The notes below the pieces were generated by a model. It did no database searches. It was given only the letters and a program-made list of their open reading frames with translations, and was not told the origin of the DNA. Below are positions 9,725 to 16,566 of a stretch of DNA of 64,000 nucleotides, piece after piece (the stretch's first letter is position 1; each line of letters opens with the position of its first letter). The stretch is from Steroidobacteraceae bacterium (GTDB lineage Bacteria; Pseudomonadota; Gammaproteobacteria; Steroidobacterales; Steroidobacteraceae): contig DATFCZ010000123.1 in assembly GCA_035252605.1 (NCBI GenBank), positions 6,632-70,631 on the forward strand. Reading direction: 5' to 3'. A program made the position numbers and the translations under genes.

Positions 9725-10621
9725 GTGAGGCCACGGGTAGCGCTGGTCAGCGCGCGCGCCGCGCGCGACCTCGATGAGGATCTGCCACCGCTCACGGCCG
9801 CTCTCGCAGCGGCGGGCATCGATGCGACGGTCGTCGACTGGGACGACCGCCAGGTGGACTGGGCGGCTTTTCGGCTCGCGCTCCTGCGCTCGGCCTGGGA
9901 TTATCCCGAGCGCCTCGCGGAGTTTCTCGCCTGGGCCGATCGCACGGCGACGCTCACCACCCTCCTGAATCCTCCGCCCGTGCTGCGCTGGAACACCGAC
10001 AAGCATTATCTGCGCGAGCTGGCGCGCGCGGGCGTGCCGGTCGTGCCGACGCGGTTCGTCGAGCCCGGTGAACATCCGCAGCGCGCTCTCGAGGGCTTTC
10101 TGCGAGAGAAGCGCGCGGCCGAGTGGGTCGTGAAGCCGGCGGTCGGCGCAGGATCGAGGGATGCCGCGCGATATGCCCGCAGCGATGATCGCGTGGCGAG
10201 CCGACACCTCGAGCGGTTGCTCGAGGCGGGGCGCAGCGTGATGTTGCAACCCTATCTCGATCAGATCGATGTGCACGGGGAGACCGCGCTCATCTACTTC
10301 GCCGGCCGGTTCAGTCACGCGGTGCGCAAAGGGCCGCTCCTGCAGCGGAGTGCGGCGCCAACGGCCGCGCTGTTCGCGGCCGAGCAGATCACGCCGCGGC
10401 CGCCGGCGGCGGAGGAACTGCAGGTGGGAGATCTGGCGCTGGCGGCGGTGCCGTTCGAAACGCCGCTCTATGCGCGAGTGGATCTCATCCGCTCCGAAGG
10501 CGGCAGGCCCTGTGTGCTCGAGCTCGAGCTCACCGAGCCGTCACTGTTCCTGGCGCAAACTCCAGGGGCTGCCGAGCGGCTCGCTCAGTTGTGCTGCCAC
10601 TTGCCGTCGCTGTCGCGGTAG
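9725..10621 (+). CDS. ATP-grasp domain protein (RimK/glutathione-synthetase-like fold)
   Basis: The track ORF starts inside the permease gene. A plausible GTG at 9725 gives about 298 aa. WNTDKHYLRELARAGVPVVPT and VVKPAVGAGSRD resemble ATP-grasp pre-ATP-grasp/central-domain motifs. Function unknown. Confidence 0.55.
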   Translation: MRPRVALVSARAARDLDEDLPPLTAALAAAGIDATVVDWDDRQVDWAAFRLALLRSAWDYPERLAEFLAWADRTATLTTLLNPPPVLRWNTDKHYLRELARAGVPVVPTRFVEPGEHPQRALEGFLREKRAAEWVVKPAVGAGSRDAARYARSDDRVASRHLERLLEAGRSVMLQPYLDQIDVHGETALIYFAGRFSHAVRKGPLLQRSAAPTAALFAAEQITPRPPAAEELQVGDLALAAVPFETPLYARVDLIRSEGGRPCVLELELTEPSLFLAQTPGAAERLAQLCCHLPSLSR

Positions 10622-11250
10622 TACCAGCCCTTCTCGCGCGAGCGGGCCATCCAACGCTGCGCGAACACGTTCCGGATGTCGGCAGCCCACTCCGGGTGGC
10701 CATTCGCCCGGGCAACCTCCCCGTAGAGCAGAGACAGGTCCCGATTCTGCTCCGCGACCAACCGAACCAGCGTCGCGCGCTGTGCGAGTGGCACGGCGCC
10801 CGCATCCCGCACCGCGACCGTTCCGTCGGCCGTCATGCCGACCGTTCCGGAGGCGAAGAAGGGGTCGAGCTGCTGAAACCTCTGATGCATGGAGCCGATG
10901 ATGGCGCGGATCTCGGGAGTCGAGATGTCGAGATTGGCTCGCTCCTGCGCGGCAGCGGCCGGTACCAGGAGCTCGAGCAGGCGGCCGGTGGCGGCGAGCA
11001 GCGCGGATCCGGAGGTCTCGGGTGCTCGGATCTCGGCGGAGGGCGGGCTGGACCCCGGAGGGGTCTGCGGTTTCGACTGCGAGCTCCCGGCTGGCGGCTG
11101 GCCCGTGTTGCCGGTCACTGCATCGATGATCTTGTCGGCCGCCTTCTGCGCCTCGGCGGCCGGAAAGTAAACGTTGACCGTCACGCAGGCGCCCAGGAGG
11201 CCGAGGGCCAGGAGGCTGGTGAGGCTCGTTACGGCTCTCGCATGCTTCAT
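10585..11250 (-). CDS. YdbL-like (DUF1318) lipoprotein with extended N-terminal module
   Basis: Lipobox LLGAC. C-terminal 110 aa resemble DUF1318/YdbL (AEQNRDLSLLYGEVARANG...FAQRW...GWYYRDSDGKW). Sits directly downstream of a ydbH-like gene. Confidence 0.7.
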   Translation of the reverse strand: MKHARAVTSLTSLLALGLLGACVTVNVYFPAAEAQKAADKIIDAVTGNTGQPPAGSSQSKPQTPPGSSPPSAEIRAPETSGSALLAATGRLLELLVPAAAAQERANLDISTPEIRAIIGSMHQRFQQLDPFFASGTVGMTADGTVAVRDAGAVPLAQRATLVRLVAEQNRDLSLLYGEVARANGHPEWAADIRNVFAQRWMARSREKGWYYRDSDGKWQHN

Positions 11251-11323
11251 GAGAGGCTTCTCCTCGAGGCTCGATACTTCTCTATCGTGTCATTCACCGC
11301 TGAATCAGGGCTTAACCCACCGA

Positions 11324-13267
11324 TCACTTCACCACGAACTTGTGCTCGTGCATACCCTGCGCGATCTGGCCGATGAGCCGCGGCCAGTTGACGCGGCGGA
11401 CATTGCCGATGATATCGAGACGCGGGAGTCCGCTGCCCTTCACCAGATAATAACCCCCATCCGGTGCGGGTCCCACGCCCGACATGGCACAGACCTCGTT
11501 CTGCAGGCGGCAGCCGATCCCAATGCGAGAGTAGTGGAAGGTGTGGAAGAACCTGAGCACGCCGGATTCCAGCGCCGCCGTCACCGCCCCGGCGGAGCCG
11601 CCGAGACCGGCGATGCGCGTAACCGCGTTCTGGTTGATCCGATGCGGGGAGCGGTCGCCCGGCATGGTGTAGAGCCGCGCGTCGAAGGCGACCGGCGACC
11701 AGTCGAAGAGCTGCAGACCGCGTACGTCGATATCGACGCGGCCGGTCATGGAGCCGAAGGCGAACGTGTGGGTGAGGAGGTCGAGGTCGAGGCGGCGCGC
11801 GAGCACATCGGCCGAAAGACTCGGCCACGGACCGAGGGGATTCTCGAGCACGATGTGGCTGCCGGTGATGACGCCATCGAACACCTTCGCGACGAGGTCA
11901 CCGTCGAAGGTCAACTCATGGTTGCGGTAGCGCACCAGGGGAATATGGCCCGAGAGCGTCCCGTTCATCACCGGCCAGCCGAAGGCCGCGGATAACCGCG
12001 GCATGCTGATCGGGGTGACATCGGCATCGAAGTCGAGCTTCGCCTGCGGGGTGCCGAGATCCCGACCGACCAGCGTGCGCACGATGACGGCGCCATCGAG
12101 GACCGGCAGGCGCGAGTTGCCGCCGAGCAGTGCGAAGTTGCGCTGCCAAGTCACGAATCGCAACCGCACCGGGCCGCCGCTCAAGCCGTACACGGCGGCG
12201 CGCTGCCACGTGAGCCCGGAGGGAGCGATTGCAGCACCGGAGGCGGCTGCCCAGTGGATCTCGCCGCTCGCGCGCTGTATCAGCAGCCGCGCATCCGGGG
12301 CGGTGAAGCTCACATCGTGCAGCGCGCCGTCGAACCGGGTGAGCGCATCGTGCCCGATCTCGAGCGATCCGCTCGCTTCACCGCTGCTCTGGAGCGAGCC
12401 GAGCTCGGTCGTGGCGAGCGCGAGCTGCAGATAGCTCGTGTATGCCGCCGGGAAATGCAGGCTCGAGATCGTTACCCGCGCGGTCAGAATATCGGGGTGC
12501 GGGGTCAGCTGCACGACGCCCTGCGCGGTTGCCCGCATCAGGTTTTGCTGCTCGAGCCGCAGCCAGGACACGAGGAGCGGTCCGTCGCCGTTGCGCTGCA
12601 GGCTGGCATCGAGCGTAAGCGGATTGGCGGCGAAGTCGAGGAGCGCCGGTCCCGCGAGCGCCTGGCCGCCTGAGGCCTTCACATGCGCAGAGACGGTGCG
12701 GGTGGTCCCATGCCGCACCAGCGCGCCTGACAGCGCCGCCGCCACCTGTTGGGCGACTATCGTGCCCGACTGATTGGTCAGGCTGAGATCGGAGCTACGC
12801 GCCTCGACCTGCAACGTCTGCGCGCGATGGCCCGTCAGAGACATTTCCAAGTCCGCGTGGCCGGAGATCTGGTATCCCGCGGGTAGTTTCAGCCATGGCC
12901 GCGCGATCCGGGCTGCCTGAGTGAGATCGATCGCGGTGGCGCGCGCTTTGAGACTCCAGCCTCGAGGCCGGAGCACGGCGGCGATGTTCAGCCGGCCGCC
13001 GGCCAGGGGCAGGTCCGTGACTTCGATCCTCCACGTGCGGCCGCGGGGCTCGAAGTGTCCTGATATTGCGGCCGAGAGTAGCGCGGATGCGCCGGCGGGC
13101 GCCGCCAGCGCTGCTGGAGGCACGGGTCCGTCGATCGCCCTCGCGGACTCTCCGACCGCGAGGGCGGTCAGCGCCGCGGCCAATGCCAGCGCCGCGATCA
13201 GGCGGCCGCCGCCACGGCGTGCCAGCATCGCGGACACCAGCCACCTCCTCAAAGCCCGACCCGACAT
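11324..13267 (-). CDS. YdbH-like AsmA-family intermembrane transport protein
   Basis: 647 aa. N-terminal membrane anchor, long beta-rich body, and a C-terminal segment (YYLVKGSGLPRLDIIGNVRRVNWPRLIGQI) resembling the DctA-YdbH domain. Synteny with the ydbL-like gene. Confidence 0.6.
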   Translation of the reverse strand: MSGRALRRWLVSAMLARRGGGRLIAALALAAALTALAVGESARAIDGPVPPAALAAPAGASALLSAAISGHFEPRGRTWRIEVTDLPLAGGRLNIAAVLRPRGWSLKARATAIDLTQAARIARPWLKLPAGYQISGHADLEMSLTGHRAQTLQVEARSSDLSLTNQSGTIVAQQVAAALSGALVRHGTTRTVSAHVKASGGQALAGPALLDFAANPLTLDASLQRNGDGPLLVSWLRLEQQNLMRATAQGVVQLTPHPDILTARVTISSLHFPAAYTSYLQLALATTELGSLQSSGEASGSLEIGHDALTRFDGALHDVSFTAPDARLLIQRASGEIHWAAASGAAIAPSGLTWQRAAVYGLSGGPVRLRFVTWQRNFALLGGNSRLPVLDGAVIVRTLVGRDLGTPQAKLDFDADVTPISMPRLSAAFGWPVMNGTLSGHIPLVRYRNHELTFDGDLVAKVFDGVITGSHIVLENPLGPWPSLSADVLARRLDLDLLTHTFAFGSMTGRVDIDVRGLQLFDWSPVAFDARLYTMPGDRSPHRINQNAVTRIAGLGGSAGAVTAALESGVLRFFHTFHYSRIGIGCRLQNEVCAMSGVGPAPDGGYYLVKGSGLPRLDIIGNVRRVNWPRLIGQIAQGMHEHKFVVK

Positions 13268-13401
13268 ATTCGATCTTCGAGAATCCGTGATGCCCCTGCA
13301 ACACCAATCCGGCAGGCGCCTGGCCGGTCTACCCGGGTTGTCGCCCGGTTGAGACGGCTTGCCGTTGCACGCTGCGCGCAGCGCATGTAAGACTCTCGCG
13401 C

Positions 13402-14694
13402 ATGGCGCAAAAGCGGGCGTTGATCGTCGATGACTCGAGGTCGGCGCGTCTCTTCCTCGCGCGCATTCTCGAGAAGCACGACATCGAAGTCGACAGCGTG
13501 GAGAGCGCCGAGGCGGCGATCGGTTACCTGGCGAGCAGGCGGCCGGATGTCATCTTCATGGACCATCTGATGCCCGGCATGGATGGCTTTCAGGCCGTGC
13601 GCGCCATCAAGAACGACCCCCGCACGGCCACCATCCCCATCATGATGTACACGTCCCAGGAAGGGGAGGTCTACCTCGGGCAAGCGCGTGCGTTGGGCGC
13701 GATCGGCGTGTTGCCGAAGCAAATCAAGCACGCCGATGTCTCGAAGGTGCTCTACCAGCTTCATCTGATCGCCGACCGTCGCACTGAAGAGCAGACGACT
13801 TTCAAGCCGCTCGAGTCGGTCATGCAGGCCGCCACCACGGAGGCGGGCGACGCCGTACCCGCGCGCCCGCTCGCGACCCATGCGCGCGCCTCTGTGTCGG
13901 GCTCTGCCGCCGAGACGGAATCCCTCGAGGGACCCTCCTCACTCCGTCGCTGGTTGCAGGCCAGTCTCGACTCCCAGGCAGAGCGCATCCTGGCCGAGAT
14001 CCACGCGCTGCCGCCGTCGCGCGTTCCACGCAGCTCCGGCTGGCTGGCCGCACTCACGATCCTCGCCTGCGCCGCCGCCCTGGTCGCGACCGGACTGTGG
14101 TGGAGTGATCGCACCCGGCTGCAGCTGGCTGCAGCGGAGCTGGCGCAGCTGCGCCAGGCTGTCGCTGCGCGTCCGGTCGCCGTGCCCCCGGCTGCTGCGG
14201 CGGCAGGGGTCGTCGCAGCGCAGAGCGCGGCCGCACCGGTGCTGCCCAAGCCCATTGTGCTCGATGTGCCCTACGGCGCCGATGCGCTCGGCGGCTCGCG
14301 CCTGACCGTGATCCGGCAGGTGCTGCAGCGCCTGATTGCGGATCACGTGAGCGGCGTGGTGGAGATCCGCGCCTTTGCCGGCCGGTTCTGCCTCAAGGGT
14401 GATCCCGTCGACGGCTACGCTCTCGCGCCGGCCAAAACTCCCTTCGCACAGTGCGACGTGGTCGGCAACCCCGCCGATGACGCCCTGCCGCCGGCGCAGC
14501 GCATGCCGCTCGCGCTCGCCAACCTCATCGGCGAGATCCGCGACTCCACCCACGGAGCGCTGGACGTTGAGACCTCGGTGGGCGATCCTGCCAATATCCG
14601 AGTGGCGTATCCTCCGGTCAGTGACGATCTGACGGCAGGCGAATGGAACCGAGCCGGCAAAGCCAACAACCGAGTCGAGATTCTGGTGCGTTGA
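13402..14694 (+). CDS. Response-regulator receiver protein with TM helix and periplasmic OmpA-like C-terminal domain
   Basis: N-terminal CheY-like REC (LIVDDS...DVIFMDHLMPGMDG...MYTS). One predicted TM helix (WLAALTILACAAALVATGLWW). The C-terminus ends NNRVEILVR, resembling the OmpA/MotB NRRVEI signature. The REC call is solid; the OmpA-like call is tentative. Confidence 0.8.
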   Translation: MAQKRALIVDDSRSARLFLARILEKHDIEVDSVESAEAAIGYLASRRPDVIFMDHLMPGMDGFQAVRAIKNDPRTATIPIMMYTSQEGEVYLGQARALGAIGVLPKQIKHADVSKVLYQLHLIADRRTEEQTTFKPLESVMQAATTEAGDAVPARPLATHARASVSGSAAETESLEGPSSLRRWLQASLDSQAERILAEIHALPPSRVPRSSGWLAALTILACAAALVATGLWWSDRTRLQLAAAELAQLRQAVAARPVAVPPAAAAAGVVAAQSAAAPVLPKPIVLDVPYGADALGGSRLTVIRQVLQRLIADHVSGVVEIRAFAGRFCLKGDPVDGYALAPAKTPFAQCDVVGNPADDALPPAQRMPLALANLIGEIRDSTHGALDVETSVGDPANIRVAYPPVSDDLTAGEWNRAGKANNRVEILVR

Positions 14695-15731
14695 GGCGCC
14701 CGCCGCCGCTCGCCGGCCCCGGCGGTGATTTCCAGCCCCCGCTCTGGCTGCGCAGCCGCCATCTGCAGTCGATGCTGGCCAGCACCGCCCTGCGACGCGG
14801 TCCGATCGCCCGCCGCGCCGCACCGCTCATCGCCGCGCAGCGGGAGGTGCTGCTCGACTGTGGCGGCGGCGTGCGCCTGCAGTGCTTCCTCTCTTCACCG
14901 CGCGAGCGCCGCGCCATCCCAGTGGTGCTGCTGCATGGCTGGGAGGGCAGTGCGGAATCGCTCTACGTCCTCTCACTCGGCCAGCAGCTCTTCGAGAGGG
15001 GATTCGACGTCCTGCGGCTCAACCTGCGCGATCACGGCGACACTCATCATCTCAATCGCGGACTCTTCCACTCGTGTCTGCTCCCGGAGGTGATCGGCGC
15101 CGTGCGCGCGCTGCAATCGGCGCCCGGCGGGCGGCCGCTGCGCCTCGTCGGCTTCTCGCTCGGGGGCAACTTCATGTTGCGCGTGGGCGCCGCGGCCGCG
15201 GCGGCCGGGCTCGACATCGCCAAAATCATCGCGGTCTCGCCGGTGTTGGATCCAAGCGATACCCTGCGCGCCCTGGAAAGCGGCTTCGTCGGCTACCCGC
15301 TTTATTTCGTGCGCAAGTGGTGGCGCTCGCTCCTGAAGAAGCAGGCCGCATGGCCCTCGCATTACGATTTCGCGGAATTGCGCGGCGTGCGGGACCTGCG
15401 GCGCCTGACGGCGGAGCTCATCCGCCGCTTCACGGACTTCGGCAGCCTCGAGCAGTATCTCGAGGGGTACTCGATCACCGGCCGCCGGCTGGCTACGCTC
15501 ACGGCGCCGACCACCATCATCACCTCACTCGATGATCCGATCATCCCGGCGGGCGGCCTCGAGCGGCTCTCGCCCGGCCCGACGCTGCGCATCGTGACGA
15601 CGCGCTTCGGCGGGCACTGCGGGTTTCTCGACCGGCTCACGGGGCCCACCTGGGTGGAGCGGCGCATTCTCGCGGAGCTCGATGTCGGGGATGAACCGGC
15701 CGACCTCGATCCCGTACTGAGCGGCGCTTAG
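14691..15731 (+). CDS. Alpha/beta-fold hydrolase (YheT-like)
   Basis: FQPPLWLRSRHLQSMLAS N-terminal pattern, HGWEGS, and nucleophile elbow GFSLGGN. The start is uncertain: TTG 14691 overlaps the upstream stop as TTGA; the track ATG is 14643. Confidence 0.75.
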   Translation: MRRPPPLAGPGGDFQPPLWLRSRHLQSMLASTALRRGPIARRAAPLIAAQREVLLDCGGGVRLQCFLSSPRERRAIPVVLLHGWEGSAESLYVLSLGQQLFERGFDVLRLNLRDHGDTHHLNRGLFHSCLLPEVIGAVRALQSAPGGRPLRLVGFSLGGNFMLRVGAAAAAAGLDIAKIIAVSPVLDPSDTLRALESGFVGYPLYFVRKWWRSLLKKQAAWPSHYDFAELRGVRDLRRLTAELIRRFTDFGSLEQYLEGYSITGRRLATLTAPTTIITSLDDPIIPAGGLERLSPGPTLRIVTTRFGGHCGFLDRLTGPTWVERRILAELDVGDEPADLDPVLSGA

Positions 15732-16153
15732 GGCGCCCGACGCTCGGCTCTTCGGTGCTCGTGGTGGCGCTTCTCGTCGAAGTGCAGCACCGGTTCTCCG
15801 CCCGTGACTGTCATGTCACCGTCCACCACCGCACCGCGCGCAATCGCTACGGCGTGCGCCACGATGTCGGCGTGAATCACCGCAGACGCGCCGATCTCGA
15901 GCTTCCCTTCGACGACCAGCCTGCCGCTGAAGCGGCCGGCGATGATCGCCGCGCCGGCATGGACTTCGCCTTCCCACTGCGCCTCCTGCGTGAGACTCAG
16001 TGCGCCGCCGATGTGACCGTCGCCGCGCACCGAGCCGCAAAGGAGCAACGGGCCTTCGGTTTCCACATCGCCCGTCAGCCGGCAGCCCGCCGCCACGAAC
16101 GTGGGTGAGCCTCCGAGGCGATCGAGCAGTCGGCGTTTGGGTGCTTCGCTCAT
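15728..16153 (-). CDS. Bactofilin family polymer-forming cytoskeletal protein
   Basis: Start trimmed to ATG 16153 (MSEAPK...). The repetitive beta-helix pattern (G.V.G.L.V.G.V.G) is typical of the bactofilin/DUF583 domain. Confidence 0.75.
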   Translation of the reverse strand: MSEAPKRRLLDRLGGSPTFVAAGCRLTGDVETEGPLLLCGSVRGDGHIGGALSLTQEAQWEGEVHAGAAIIAGRFSGRLVVEGKLEIGASAVIHADIVAHAVAIARGAVVDGDMTVTGGEPVLHFDEKRHHEHRRAERRAP

Positions 16154-16347
16154 GGTCCGACGATGATAGAGGCAGCTCTCTCGCAGATGTCGGTGAGATT
16201 CACGTACCGTGCGGCAGGTCCGATTGCGCCGCTGCCAAACGCCGGTGCCACAAGCGGCCAGCCGTCGGTCACAACCTGACACGGCACGTCACCCCGGTGG
16301 AGCGAGGGTGAGCTACCTAACGCATTGATTTTACTATGGATCCCCGC

Positions 16348-16364
16348 CTGGCACGCCCTTTGCT
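16348..16364 (+). promoter_or_regulatory. Sigma-54 (-24/-12) promoter
   Basis: CTGGCACG-CCCT-TTGCT is an exact match to YTGGCACG-N4-TTGCW (GG at 16350-16351, GC at 16362-16363). Intergenic, on the plus strand, with no downstream ORF. Confidence 0.6.
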
Positions 16365-16374
16365 CCAACTGGTG

Positions 16375-16483
16375 CAGGCGCCGCCTCTGCGAGGCGACGC
16401 CGTGGAACTGCGAACAACTTCCCCGGTGTTCGCGTAACTCCCGCGCCGCGATGCGCCTTCCCCCGCTCGCGGCGCTTTTTTTT
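16375..16483 (+). ncRNA. Candidate sigma-54-dependent small RNA (about 110 nt, three hairpins, intrinsic terminator)
   Basis: Predicted TSS is about 12 nt after the -12 GC. Hairpins at 16377-16401, 16410-16433 (loop ACTTCCCCGG) and 16443-16475 (loop CCTTCCCC), then T8. There is no credible coding potential. The 5' end is inferred, not observed. Confidence 0.45.
16443..16483 (+). terminator. Rho-independent terminator (plus strand)
   Basis: GCGCCGCGA / TCGCGGCGC 9-bp GC stem (plus inner GCG/CGC pairs) followed by eight T (16476-16483). The minus-strand reading has an A-tract before the stem and no U-tract after it. Confidence 0.7.
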
Positions 16484-16566
16484 GGCGCACCCGCCAGCGC
16501 CGGGCGCGGCTCGCCAGGAAACCGAACGGCCCTGGGCCGCTTCGTTACCTGCTGTTGGAGTTCTTG

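Noticed and set aside
16375-16483. Identifying the candidate sRNA as a homologue of a named C-rich-loop sRNA (for example the Xanthomonas sX13 type)
   Set aside because: It shares only the general feature of C-rich loops. I cannot align it from memory, and the sigma-54 promoter and genomic context are not known to me for that family. It is left as an unnamed candidate.
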